64,000 bases of DNA from the human T2T-CHM13v2.0 reference genome, Homo sapiens, in the NCBI RefSeq assembly GCF_009914755.1, contig NC_060931.1. One strand, 5' to 3'. The position numbers and the translations under genes were made by a program. Under the pieces are notes generated by a model. The model was not told the origin of the DNA. It saw nothing but the letters and a program-made list of their open reading frames with translations, and searched no databases. Below, piece by piece: positions 19,508-48,731 of this stretch. Numbering within the stretch: the first letter of the stretch is position 1; each line of letters starts with the position of its first letter.

Positions 19508-19722
19508 CAGGGTTTCTCAACTTCGGAACTATTGACATTTTGAGTTGGAGAATGTTTTGTTGTGGAGACTGTCCTGTGGATTGCAGAATGTTAAACAGTA
19601 TTCCTGGACTCTACCCACTAGATGCCAGTAGCGCCCCCTCCAGTTGTGACAATGAAAACCATCTCCTGACATTGCCAAATCTCCCCTGGTAGACAAAAAT
19701 CACCCCAGATTAAGAGTCACTG
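19508..19722 (+). mobile_element. MER20 hAT MITE
   Basis: CAGGGTTTCTCAAC...CTCTACCCACTAGATGCCAGTAGC...GACATTGCCAAAT. Confidence 0.85.
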
Positions 19723-20366
19723 GTATCTGTAAAGCATCTGCCACAGTCCTTGGCCACTGTTATTACCCTAATGCTTCTTACTTTGAAGAAACTAGAATTC
19801 AGTCTATGGGAGAGGACATACAAGAAGCATAGTGCCAAGCTGTGTGTCCACCATCATAAGTGAGGACATGAACACTGTAATGGCTGAATGACAGGCATAC
19901 ACTTTGTCAGCAGTGGCCATCTTTAGGGGCCAGATAAGTCTGGAGCTGGAGGAACATGACGCAGCAAGAACACTGTATGCAGGAAGGTGCATTATAATGG
20001 GGGCTGTGGGAAGAGGAAATGAAGAGCTGGCTTAGACTCTGATTGTTGGAGATAGGAATGGGTAAGCAGAAGCAGGGCCTGCTGATGACTGCACGTAGAA
20101 GGTGAAAGAGACTAGAGCAAAAGTCCAGCAAGCGTCCCTACTTGGACGACTTGGTGGCACAGAGGGGCAAGGACACAATGTGAATGGGGACAGTAGAAAT
20201 GAGGTAGCAGAAGAAAGGCTAAAAGTTGATAAGTGTGCCAGGTGCAGAAAGTGACACACTCCTGGCTAGAAGGCAGAACTCCAGACCTAGGACACAGCTC
20301 ATGGTTTCAAAGGATATCAGAAGTCATTTCTCCATCTGCATAAAGGCAGAGAAAAGAATCTCTTGA

Positions 20367-20851
<485 letters not shown>

Positions 20852-21073
20852 TAACATCACAGATAATATCCTTCATTGGGCATTCATATCCTTTATTGAG
20901 AAACAGAATGCCTGGGACCATATGCTACAATGTGGAAACAGTAGTGTTATTTTTTTCTGGATTTTATATCACTTTTTGTAGAATATTGGTTGTAAATGAT
21001 TCTTATCCAGATTTTTAATTTACATTGTGAGTTAGCTAATAGCAGCTTTTATTTAGGCATAAGCGAATTTAAG

Positions 21074-21075
<2 letters not shown>

Positions 21076-21127
<52 letters not shown>
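21076..21127. repeat. (TA)n microsatellite
   Basis: Directly visible. Confidence 0.95.
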
Positions 21128-21130
<3 letters not shown>

Positions 21131-21139
21131 TGCATTCTT

Positions 21140-21457
<318 letters not shown>

Positions 21458-21489
21458 TAATATTCACTGAAATGCCCACAATAGTTTGC

Positions 21490-22556
21490 TGATACAGTTT
21501 GGATCTGTGTCCCCACCAAATCTCATGTCGAATTGTAATCCCCCGTATTAGAGGTGGGGCCTGGTGGGAGGTGACTGGATCATGTGGGCATAGTTCTGAT
21601 GAATGGTTTGGCACCATCCCCCCAGTGCTGTTCTCATGATAGTGAGTGAGTTATTGTGAGATCTGGTTGTTTAAAGGTGTGTGACACTTGAGAATCTGAA
21701 ATAAGTATAAGAAAAAATAATAAGTAGGCCGGATGTGGTGGCTCATGCATGTAATCCCAGCACTTTGGGAGGCCAAGGTGGGCAGATCACAAGGTCAGGA
21801 GTTTGAGACCAGCCTGACCAATATGGTGAAACCCCATCTCCACTAAAAATACAAAAATTAGCCGGGCGTGGTGGTGGGCGCCTGTAGTCCCAGCTACTCA
21901 AGAGGATGAGACAGGAGAATCGCTTGAACCCGGGAAGCAGAGGTTTCAGTGAGCTGAGATTGCGCCACTACATTTCAGCGTGGGTGACAGAGCAAGACTC
22001 CATCTCAGAAAATAATAATAATAATAAATAAAAATAATTTTTTAAAAAAGTGCATGGCACATCTCCCTAGCCTCTTGTTCCTTCTTTGGCCATGTGAAGT
22101 GCTGCCCCACCTTTGCCTTCCGCCATGATTGTCAGTTTCCTGAGGCTTCCCTAGCAGCAGAAACTGCTACGCTTCTTGTTCAGCCTGCAGAATCATGAGC
22201 CAATTAAATCTTTTTTTTTTTTTTTTTTGAGACGGAATCTCACTCTGTCACCCAGACTAGAGTGCAGTGGTGCAATATTGGCTCACTGCAACCTCCACTT
22301 CCTAGCCTCAGAGTAGCTGGGACCACAGGCTCATGCCCCCACGCCTGGCTAATTTTTGTATTTTTAGTAGAAGTGGGGTTTTGCCATGTTGGCCAGGCTG
22401 GTCTCAAACTCTTGGCCTCAAGGAATCTGCCTGCCTTGGCCTCCCAAAGTGCTAGGATTACAGACATGAACCACCGTGCCTGGCCTAAACCTTTTTTCCT
22501 TATAAATTACCCAGTCCCAGGTATTTCTTATAGCATTATGAGAATGGATTAATACA
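21490..22556 (+). mobile_element. MST (MaLR) solo LTR interrupted by Alus at 21727-22035 (+) and 22210-22485 (-)
   Basis: TGATACAGTTTGGATCTGTGTCCCCACCAAATCTCATG...ATAAATTACCCAGTC...GAATGGATTAATACA. Confidence 0.85.
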
Positions 22557-23022
22557 TATGTGTATGTCTTTTCTCATACATGCTGAAGTATGTGAATTTA
22601 AGCCCAAACTAACACAAAGACTCTATGAAAAGAGTCTTTTTCATAATTAAGTTGGCAACCCTCAGGGAAAAAAGCATTTAATGTAAAAAGCCCAGTAATT
22701 TTATAAATAGCTGGTGGAATTTTATATAAAGTTAGTTACTTCAGTGGGGAAATGAAGACCTATTATGAAGACCAGACAAACATAACAGAAAATGTGGCAA
22801 AATGCTAATTAAATATCATTGAGAGAGCAAAGAAGTTTCCACTCCCTCCAACATATGCCTCTACAAACCACACAGGACTTGGCAAACCATGGGTAAGTTT
22901 CCAGTTTCCAGAGTGACTAAGCGGGACGCTCATTGTTAAAGCGTGAAATTGTGTTTCCCTGTTTCTACCCATCCTCAGGAGGTAAGAGTGGTTTGTAGAG
23001 GCAATAGGGCTTGGCTGGATGC

Positions 23023-23582
23023 TGTGATAGCCAGCTTCCAAGATCTCCCTCAATGATTCCTCCTCTAGGTATTCACAGCCGTGGGTAGTCCTTTCTCACA
23101 TTGTACCAGCCTTGGTCTGTGTGACCAAAAACGTGCAGCAGAAAAGATGGTATGTCACTTCTGCAAGAGTAGGTTATAAAAGATTGCAGCTTCTGTCTTG
23201 CGTGCTCTCCCTGCTTCCACTCCCAATCTCAGATCACTTGCTCTCAGGGAGGCAAGCTGCCATGTGCTAAGCAGTCTTATGGAGAGAACTACCTGTTGAA
23301 GAACTGAAGGCTCCAGCCAACAGGCAGTGAACAAACCATGCCTGCCAGCAACTGTGTGTGTGAGCCTAGAAGCTGATTCCCCAGCCCCAGTCAAGCCTTG
23401 AGATGATGGCAGCTCCAGCCAATAGCTTGACTATAGCCTCATGAAAGACACTCAGAACCACTCAGCTAAGCCACCCCTGGATTCTTGACACTCTCAGAAA
23501 CTGTGTGAAATAACAGAAGTTTGTTGTTTTAATCTGCTAAATTTGGGGGTAATTTATTATGTAGCAATAGGTAACTAATACA
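23023..23582 (+). mobile_element. MLT1F-like MaLR LTR
   Basis: CCAGCCCCAGTCAAGCCTTGAGATGA; ends GCAATAGGTAACTAATACA. Confidence 0.75.
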
Positions 23583-23591
23583 TATACCTTC

Positions 23592-23952
23592 TGCAATGCA
23601 GTGAATGTTTCTGTCCCCACTCCCAAAATTCCTATGTTGAAATTCTAACCTTCAAGGTGATGATATTAGGATGTGGGTCTTTGAGAGATGATTATAATGT
23701 TCACGGTGGGGCAGAGCCCTTATGAAGGGATTAATGCCCTTATACAAGAGGCCCCAGATAGCTCATTAGCTGCTTCCCCCACGTGAGGTTACAGCCACAA
23801 GATGGCCATCCATGAACCAGGAAGCCAGCCCTTACCAGACACCAAATCTGCCTTGAATTCCCACCTCCGCAACTGTGAGAAATAAATTTCTGTTGTTTAT
23901 AAATCACCCAGTTTATGGTATTTTGTTATAGCAGACTGAATGGACTAAGACA
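23592..23952 (+). mobile_element. MLT1A-like MaLR LTR
   Basis: AACTGTGAGAAATAAATTTCTGTTGTTTATAA...GGACTAAGACA. Confidence 0.8.
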
Positions 23953-24419
23953 ATTTCCTTGTCTTTCAGAGAGAAAATGCTTTAAAAAAAACTGGATGCA
24001 GCTAGTTTTGTTAATCTAACGGACCATCAGCATGGGGGTGGGAGAAACAGGAGAGAAAAGCAAGCAAATGAATAATTCTCCAAGGAGAGCTGGTACCTCA
24101 TTAGATGGCTCCTATAGTGCTTATCCCTTTACTAATGAAGAATTAACATCCATGTCAGTCTTCAAAAGATTCTAATTATACCCCTGAAACTCTGAGAGGT
24201 TTAGGGTGTCTGCTGAGACAGAGAAGAGAGAAAACCCTTAAGCAACTCCTCTCAACTGTCTTTGGGGGTTGATGTCTTGGTCAATAACTGTCTATTGAAC
24301 TCCTACTTCTCCAAAACTATAAATGATGTATAAAAATAAAGTCCAAATGGCACACACCCAGCAAAATACTCAACACCAGGAAAATGGTAAACTATGGCAC
24401 AGCTATAGTACAAACTGTT

Positions 24420-24757
24420 TTTTGTTTGTTTGGTTGGTTTTTTTTTTCTTTTCTTTTTTTTTTTTTTTGGAAACAAGGTCTGGCTCTGTCGCCTAGGCTG
24501 GAGTGCAGTGGCGCGATCTCCACTCACTCACTGCAAACTCCACCTCCCAAGCTCAAGTGATCCTCCCACCTCCACCTACCAAGTATCTGGGACTATAGAG
24601 GCACGCCACCATGCCCAGATAATTTTTGTATTTTTTGTAAAGATGGAGTTTCACCATGTTGCCCAGGTTGGTCTCAAACTCCTGATCTCAAGCAATCCTC
24701 CCACCTTGGCCTCCCAAAGTGCTGGGATTACAGGTGTGAGCCACCACACACGGCCAG
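24420..24757 (-). mobile_element. AluJ
   Basis: Antisense dimer. Confidence 0.9.
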
Positions 24758-25067
24758 TATGAACTCTTAATGCAGCCATTTGAAAGAATTTTGATGAAGA
24801 ACATAGAAATTGGAAAAGATAGTGTTACAAGTTGATAAACTATACTGTTCCAGATGTAGACATTGCTGATGAGAGACACTTCACAAACATTTGTCCCTTA
24901 TATATTTTTCCTGTGACAGTAAGTGTTTCAGGGGCTGGAAAATTCAGGTTTTGGATCTCTTGTCTCACAATCTAGTCAAACATTGGCCAACTTTTAATCT
25001 ATCTCTTTCTCAGTTTCATCATCTGTAAATGACATAACCTTGCTATTTTCAGAATATATAATACTCC

Positions 25068-25380
25068 GGCCACGCTGGTGGCTCATGCCTGTAATCCCAG
25101 GACTTTGGGAGGCCGAGGAGAGTTGATCACCTGATGTTAGGAGTTCAAGACCAGCCTGGCCAACATGGCGAAACCCCATCTCTACTAAAAATACAAAAAT
25201 TAGCCAGGCATGGTGGTGCGTGTTTGTAATCCCAGCTACTTAGGAGGCTAAGGCAGGAGAATCGCTTGAACCCAGGAGGCAGAGGGAGCCAAGATCACAC
25301 CATTGCACTCCAGCCTGGGTGACAGAGCGAGACTCCATCTCAAAAAGAAAAATAAAGAAAAAATAAAAATAAAAAACAAA
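25068..25380 (+). mobile_element. AluS
   Basis: Dimer; TSD ATATATAATACTC. Confidence 0.9.
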
Positions 25381-26055
25381 ATATATAATACTCTGAGGAC
25401 ATAAGAGCCTGCATGCAAAAAGATTTTAAAAGAGCTATTAAATAGCATTCTCCGGATCTAGGGCACTATGCTGAACGGTAGGAGACTTGGCTAAGTCATT
25501 GTTTTTAAAGCTTTTGGAAAGAGGGACTTAGAGGCCTCAGACATACCTAATTAGTGATAGAGCTAAGATCAGAATTTAGGGTATGGCTTTGTATCACCTC
25601 CAGGTTTGACCTTCACACACCAGACTTCTCTCTTAGCCATATAATTAAATAAAGAAAAATAAAAGCCTAAAATAATCTACAGAAGCCATTGTCAAATTTT
25701 CTTTCATTGGCCCAATTTTTTTTTTTTAAGAAAAGGACTACTTCATATCAGAGACTAAATAATCATATTTTCTCGTCATTGAATACTTTTCACCAACTTA
25801 GTGTCATCTATATCCATGACAACAGGCTCCAGTGCCTACTCTTGACTTCACCTTAGGAATATGGAAAAACACAAGCATAACTGAGAGAAAAAAATCCAGA
25901 AAGCTGGATTTAATACAAAGTAAAAAAGGTAAGCTTCGCACAGTCATTAGCTGTTATTATAAACACCTTCATAGTCAGCTGCAGAGTGGAGACTGAGTAT
26001 TTACAGTATATTATTAAAAGCAAAGCAGGAAATGTTGTACTCAGAAATATTACTA

Positions 26056-27140
<1,085 letters not shown>

Positions 27141-27669
27141 ATTATTAGGCATCTTGATGGGCATTTTTATTTGCTTCTTTAGTATAAATTCCTTCAAGTA
27201 AAATTGCTACCATCATGTAGTATGCACATTTTTAAGGATTTTGGAACATAATGCCAAATTATGTTTGTACATATTGTTGGAATTTACACTTCCATCATCA
27301 ATGTAAACTCCTATTTATAAGCTCCAAACAATATATTTTTGTTATTTCAAAATAGAAATAAGAAATCATAAAATTGATATATGTATGTTAATTGTTAAAA
27401 AAAAAAAAAAGAAAGAAAAGTAATCAAGCTGTACCAAAGTGAAAACCAGTAGACAGTAAAAGCCCTGCTTCTCCCAACCCTACTCCCTAATTTTTTGTCA
27501 ATATCTTTCTAGGACTTTTTCAGATAATAACGTAGAGATAGATAGATGATAGATGGATTAAAAAAAAAAGAGCACACACTTGCAAGAAAGTGCAGTAGAC
27601 ACAAAGATACATATATTGGTTTTTTAGAACAAAAATAAAAACATATATGTTATTTCATAACTGCTTTTT

Positions 27670-27910
27670 ACTTTTATTATTTTATTTTTTGAGACAGAGT
27701 CTGGCTTTGTTGCTTAGGCTGGAGTGCACTGGCGTTATCTGGGCTCACTGCAACCTCCACCTCCTGGGCTCAAGTGAGCCTCCTGAGTAGCTGGGACCAC
27801 AAGCGGATGCCACCACACCTAGTTAATTTTTGTATTTTTAGTAGAAACTGGGTTTTGCCATGTTGGCCAGGCTGGTCTCAAATTCCTGGGCTTAGGAGAT
27901 CCGCCCACCA
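27670..27910 (-). mobile_element. AluJ, partial
   Basis: Antisense arms. Confidence 0.85.
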
Positions 27911-28343
27911 ACGTATTTGCCAAAATAGGCACTTTTTGTCTTTTTAATTGTTGCCAAACAGATAGGTCAAACTAACAAACAAAAGTCCCAGTTCCTCATT
28001 TTATTTTGTTTTTTAATTACTACTTTATTCTATATGCATTTGAGAGAGCCAATAAAACTTTGCTGACCAGCATGAGGGCTGGAGTTGAGGGAGGAGACTG
28101 AGAGACAGAAAGACCAGGAGAGGGAACCTGGCCCTGATGCTCATGAATGAATGAATGATCTGCCAAGTATACCCTGGGATGGAGTGGGATAGTTCATTCA
28201 CATCTACCATGACCTGGCTTTTTTTTTTTTTTTTATTCTGTAGAATAATTCCTTTTCCCCTAAAGAAAATCATGTACATGGTTTAAAAAAAAAATCAAAC
28301 ATTACTCATGTTTACATAGTAAAAATCAAGTGTCCTTGTCTTA

Positions 28344-28970
<627 letters not shown>

Positions 28971-29471
28971 TACCCTAAATTATTTTCATTGTAGTGGGGT
29001 GGGAATTTCTGGATACAAAGAGACAGGAGTCAAAAGGTTTTGCATGATTCCCTATCATAGGTGATACTAAGCAGATCTTATCTACCTGGTCCCTGAGCTG
29101 GTGTGATTCCCAAGTGGTTTGCCCACAGCTGCCAACTATCATCATTTCTCCTATGTCTTTCCTGGGTTGTGTAAGCACAGGGATAGTCTCTCTATATAAT
29201 TATAAACCAAGTAGTCAAAATTCACCTTGAAAGTCATTTCTTTTCAGTTTGTAACTAACTCATTTTTTATTAGCTAATATTCTATTTATTTATTTAACCA
29301 ATCCTCTGGTGATGGACATTTATATTGTTTCCAAACAACGCTATAGTGAATCTCTTTGGATATAAATCTTCTGCATAAAGGATTTATGCATAAGTAAAAT
29401 CTACACCATATTCCTAACAGTGAAATTGTTACATGAAAAGTTATATGCATTTTAAAATTTAACAGACTGTA

Positions 29472-29739
29472 CTTTTTTTTTTTGATACGAGGATCTCACT
29501 CTGTCACCCAGGCTGGAGTGCAGTGGTGTGAGGCTCACCACAGCCTCGACCTCCCCAGGCTCAGGTGATCCTCCCACCTAAGCCCCCTGAGTAGCTGGGA
29601 CTACAGGCATGTGCCACTACACCCGGCTAATTTTTTTGTATTTTAATAGATATGGGGTTTTGCCGTGTTGCTCAGGTTGGAACTCCTGGGCTCAAACGAC
29701 CCGCCTGCCTTAGCCTCCCAAAATGCTGGGATTATAGGC
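29472..29739 (-). mobile_element. AluJ, cut off at the ERV junction
   Basis: Ends GGGATTATAGGC and joins directly to ERV leader sequence. Confidence 0.85.
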
Positions 29740-30077
29740 AGCCGGACAAAGGAAGCTCCTCAGCCTCCAGTCGCCTCTCTGTGCATGCACCTCGGTCACT
29801 GGTCTCGACTAATGGTTTCTCCGGGAGCCCAGTTAACAGGGAAAAATTCGCATGGCCTCTCGGTTTCTTCGGTCCGAAAATCCAACGTTGGTCCAAGAAG
29901 GCTCTGGTGTGTGCCAGGCACTCACTGATCATCTGGTCTTACGGAGACGCCTCTAAGCCATTTGATCCCGTTCCGGGAACGAAAATGGCAGCGGTGACGG
30001 TTGCTCCTTTTATGGTCTCCCTCCGGCTGTCCAGGACGGTCTCCTTTTTCCCTGTTCTCCTGAGCCTACCCTCTGTT

Positions 30078-31227
30078 ATAGGAAACTCCTGGTCTTCCAT
30101 TCCAAAAAACAGTACTCTAGGCTGCCTCATAAAAAACCTGCAAACCTTAGGCCTCAGGCAAAATATCCACCCTAAGCGCGTTTTTTTTTTTTTTTTTTTT
30201 GCAATACAGCCTGGCAGCAGTACAAATTAAATAACAGGTCCAAATCGCCCGTAAATAGAACATTCAACCTTACAATTTTAACTGATTTAAGTACTTATTG
30301 CCGACGACTGGAGAAATGGGAAGAAATTCCTTATGTCCAGGCCTTTTTGCACTCAGATCACAACCCGACCTCTGCGGTTCTTGCTCAACTGTTCAAATCC
30401 TCCTCCTTCATTCCCATGGCCCAGATCGCCTTTCTCCTCCCAAGCCTACCTCTTTTTCCTCGTTTAATCCAGCTGACTGCTGTCCACCCCTCCCAGCCCC
30501 TACCTTTTCCTCTCAACTGCCTTCTTTAACCCCGAAAGCCTCCTCATTGTCTTCTCAGTTGCCATCTTCCCAGCCGCCATCTTCCCAGTCAGCTGTATCC
30601 ACTTCTTTTCCTACACCATCCCCCCTCAGGACAATTCTAGTATTGCTTGCACGTATTCTCGTCCACAACTGCCCTCTCCTGAGGCTTGTAAACCCATCCC
30701 GCCACCTTACGCCCCTATCTATCCTCCACTGCCTGTTAACACAACCCCCCTTCTCCCTTCAAACCCTCAGCAGGAAACACTAGCTTAAACCTTCGGTTCA
30801 TCTCCCAATCCACCCCGATATTCGGCGCAAGCTTCAGAAGCTTGATGACGGCCCTCAAACCCCACAAAGAGACCTTCTTAATTTAGCCATCAAAGTCTTT
30901 AACAATCGTGATGAGAAAAGTAAAAGGCAAAAACCGGCAGAGTTTCAAATGCTTGCCTCCGCCATCAGGAGCCCTGCAGGCCCACGGGGCGGCAGCTCCG
31001 CACGGAAGCCTCCTAACACTCCACCTCCACCTGGTGCCTGTTTCAAGTGCGGCAATGAAGGCCACTGGTCCAGACAATGCCCAAAGCCAGGTAAGCCCAC
31101 CAGGCCATGCCCCCTCTGCGGAGGACCCCACTGGAAGTCGGACTGTGAGCAGCCCCTGCGAGGACCGCCCCCATCCCTTCCTGAGCTGGCCTACTTGGAT
31201 CTCATTGGCCTTGCTGCTGAAGACTGA
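30078..31227 (+). pseudogene. gag: ERV gag remnant (MA, PPPY, CA C-terminus, two-knuckle NC)
   Basis: (ATA)GNSWSSIPKNSTLGCLIKN matrix start; PPPY at 30699-30710; FISQSTPDIRRKLQKL; CFKCGNEGHWSRQC and CPLCGGPHWKSDC; TGA at 31225; frameshifts and a capsid deletion. Confidence 0.85.
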
Positions 31228-35000
<3,773 letters not shown>

Positions 35001-35004
35001 TACT

Positions 35005-35800
35005 CCTTCCTCCAAAACATTAACAGCAGGCAACACCCTCAGAGTCCTTGTATATAATAACCTAAACAAAGAAAAACAATCCTTAAAGGTAGGAGGAAGC
35101 CAAAAATGACAAGGGAACAAATGGCCTCCGCAACAGATCATCGAATATTATAGTCCTGCCACTTGGGCTGAGAAGGGTTCATGGGGTTATCACACTCCTA
35201 TATATGCTAAATAGAATAATTAGACTACAGGCTGTTCTAGAAATACCAAACCGCCTCAGCCCCGGAAATGCTCGCGCAACAACAAAACCAAATGTGCACG
35301 GCAATTTATTAAAACGGGCTAGCACTAAACTACTTATTAGCAGATCACAAGGTCAGGAGATCAAGACCACCCTGGCCAACATGGTGGAACCCCATCTCCA
35401 CTAAAAATACAAAAACTCCAGAGAGTGGAGTCTGTGGTAAATTTAATATCTCTAACTGCTGTCTTAACATAGGCGATAATAGAAAAGCGGTTCTAGAAAT
35501 CGCTTCAAACATCAGAAAAGTAGCCCATGTACCAGTCCAAACCTGGAAGGGATGAGACCCAACAAACCTTCTAGGAGGGTGGTTCTCTCATTTAGGAGGA
35601 TTTAAAGCACTGGTAGGGACAGTAATCTTCATCATTGGGCTCCTTCTGTTTCTCCCCTGTGTTATCCCACTGATAATAAAAGCTAAAAGCCATTAAAACT
35701 CTTGTTGAAAGTACAGTTAACCGCCAGACAATCCAGACGATGCTCCTGCTACAACGACACGATGGATAACCCGTCTCTCAAGAATACCCCAAAAATTAGG
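35005..35800 (+). pseudogene. env: ERV env remnant (end of SU plus TM), ERV3/HERV-I/E-type
   Basis: [64 protein letters not shown], hydrophobic anchor LVGTVIFIIGLLLFLPCVIPLII. Confidence 0.85.
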
Positions 35801-35898
35801 TTTTTCTTTTTCCAAGGTGCCCACTCCACCCCTATGTCACACCTGAAGTAGTTATTGAGAAAGTCGTCCCTTTTCCCTTTTCTATAACCAAATAGGAA

Positions 35899-36878
<980 letters not shown>

Positions 36879-36879
36879 T

Positions 36880-39830
<2,951 letters not shown>

Positions 39831-40139
39831 TAGGGAGATATAATCTCTAAAAATATGGTTTAAGAGCATAAACTTGATGGTTGACAAGTTATTTATCTGA
39901 CTTATCTGCAAAATGGAGGTAATAATAGCACTTACCTCACAGGGCTGTTATGAGTATTACAAGATAATGCATACAAGAGGGATTAGAACGATGCCTGCCA
40001 TGTAGGAAAGTTGTCTTGCACCATGCAGTGATCTTGAAATCAGAAGCCACACACAGCAGAGCAAAAAAATAAAATCCTGGTTCCCTGAACAACACTGCAG
40101 TGACCACCTCTCAGTTTTTATGTGAGAGTGAAATACACT

Positions 40140-41043
<904 letters not shown>

Positions 41044-41337
41044 CCAAATGCATTCTTAAGGGTCATACTTCCTCTTAATGTTTCACACCTAGCTTAATCT
41101 CAATGGAGGGTTTTGGAAGCCAAAGCTAGGAGATGCAATATTTCTGATTTTTGCTTGAATGGGAGAAAAAGGAAGGGGAGAAAAAGACAAAGGGGAAGGA
41201 AAAAAGAATATGAATTGATCCTTTAAAAAATTACCCTGTCACAGTAGTTCATTCCGCCTCGAACTTAGAGTGGGGAGGCAAGTTCCTGCCTCTAAATGAA
41301 TTCACCAGCCCCAGCTCTCACTTTGGTGGGTGGTCCT

Positions 41338-46810
<5,473 letters not shown>

Positions 46811-46905
46811 TAAGTCAAGATATTTCTTGCACATCTGAGTTTAGAGAGTGACATTAACATGGGTTACTTATAAATAAAGATCAGAGAAGTTAAATAACAA
46901 GTCCA

Positions 46906-48731
46906 GCTCCCTCTCCCTCTCCCTCTCCCTCTCCCCCTCCCCTTTCCACGGTCTCCCCTCTCCCTCTTTCCACGGTCTCCCTCTGATGCCGAGCCGAAGC
47001 TGGACTGTACTGCTGCCATCTCGGCTCACTGCAGCCTCCCTGCCTGATTATCCTGCCTCAGCCTGCCCAGTGCCTGCGATTGCAGGCGCGCACTGCTACG
47101 CCTGACTGGTTTTCGTATTTTTTTGGTGGAGACGGGGTTTCGCTGTGTTGGCCGGGCCGGTCTCCAGCTCCTAACCGCGAGTGATCCGCCAGCCTCGGCC
47201 TCCCGAGGTGCCGGGATTGCAGACGGAGTCTTGTTCACTCAGTGCTCAATGGTGCCCAGGCTGGAGTGCAGTGGCGTGATCTCCACTCGCTACAAACTCC
47301 ACCTCCCAGCCGCCTGCCTTGGCCTCCCAAAGTGCCGAGATTGCAGCCTCTGCCCGGCCGCCACCCCGTCTGGGAAGTGAGGAGCGTCTCTGCCTGGCCA
47401 CCCATCGTCTGGGATGTGAGGAGCCCCTCTGCCTGGCTGCCCAGTCTGGAAAGTGAGGAGCATCTCTGCCCGGCCGCCATCCCATCTAGGAAGTGAGGAG
47501 CGCCTCTTCCCGGCCGCCATCACATCTAGGAAGTGAGGAGCGTCTCTGCCCGGCCGCCCATCTTCTGAGATGTGGGGAGCGCCTCTGCCCCGCCGCCCCG
47601 TCTGGGATGTGAGGAGCACCTCTGCCCGGCTGCGACCCCGTCTGGGAGGGGAAGAGCGTCTCTACCCGGCCGCCCCATCTGAGAAGTGAGGAGACCCTCT
47701 GACTGGCAACTGACCCGTCTGAGAAGTGAGGAGCCCCTCCGCCCACAGCCGCCCCGTCTGAGAAGTGAGGAGCCTCCCCGCCCGGCAGCCGCCCCTACTG
47801 GGAAGTGAGGAGCCCCTCTGCCCGGCCAGCCGCCCCGTCCGGGAGGGAGGTGGGGGGGTCAGCCCCCTGCCGGGCCAGCCGCCCCGTCCGGGAGGTGAGG
47901 GGCGCCTCTGCCTGGCCGTCCCTACTGGGAAGTGAGGAGCCCCTCTGCCCGGCCAGCCGCCCCGTCTGGGAGGGAGGTGGGGGGGTCAGCCCCCCACCCG
48001 GCCAGCCGCCCCGTCCGGGAGGGAGGTGGGGGGGTCAGCCCCCTGCCCGGCCAGCCGCCCCGTCCGGGAGGGAGGTGGGGGGGTCAGCCCCCTGCCCGGC
48101 CAGCCGCCCCGTCCGGGAGGTGAGGGGCGCCTCTGCCCGGCCGCCCCTACTGGGAAGTGAGGATCCCCTCTGCCCGGCCACCACCCCGTCTGGGAGGTGT
48201 ACCCAACAGCTCATTGAGAACGGGCCAGGATGACAATGGCGGTTTTGTGGAATAGAAAGGGGGGAAAGGTGGGGAAAAGATTGAGAAATCGGATGGTTGC
48301 CGTGTCTGTGTAGAAAGAAGTAGACATGGGAGACTTTTCATTTTGTTCTGTACTAAGAAAAATTCTTCTGCCTTGGGATCCTGTTGATCTGTGACCTTAC
48401 CCCCAACCCTGTGCTCTCTGAAACATGTGCTGTGTCCACTCAGGGTTAAATGGATTAAGGGCGGTGCAAGATGTGCTTTGTTAAACAGATGCCTGAAGGC
48501 AGCATGCTCGTTAAGAGTCATCACCACTCCCTAATCTCAAGTACCCAGGGACACAAACACAGCGGAAGGCCGCAGGGTCCTCTGCCTAGGAAAACCAGAG
48601 ACCTTTGTTCACTTGTTGATCTGCTGACCTTCCCTCCACTATTGTCCTATGACCGTGCCAAATCCCCCTCTGCGAGAAACACCCAAGAATGATCAATAAA
48701 AAATAAAAAAAATAAAAAAATAAAAAAAAAA
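46906..48731 (+). mobile_element. Full-length SVA retrotransposon (SVA_D-like)
   Basis: CCCTCT hexamers, antisense Alu-like region, GC-rich VNTR, SINE-R (CCCAACAGCTCATTGAGAACGGG...AAGAATGATCAATAAA), A tail, TSD AACAAGTCCA. Confidence 0.97.

Noticed and set aside
29652-30783. 192-aa and 161-aa ORFs at the start of the ERV
   Set aside because: The first is an Alu-leader-matrix read-through and the second is a Pro/Ser-rich gag fragment; there is no 5' LTR promoter
35005-35800. A domesticated env (Suppressyn- or syncytin-like) gene
   Set aside because: SU is deleted, and TM has stops, frameshifts, a mutated furin site (KEKQ) and an Alu patch in the immunosuppressive region
47340-48233. GC-rich tandem repeats with Pro/Arg/Gly-rich ORFs, resembling a CpG-island gene
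   Set aside because: This is the SVA VNTR
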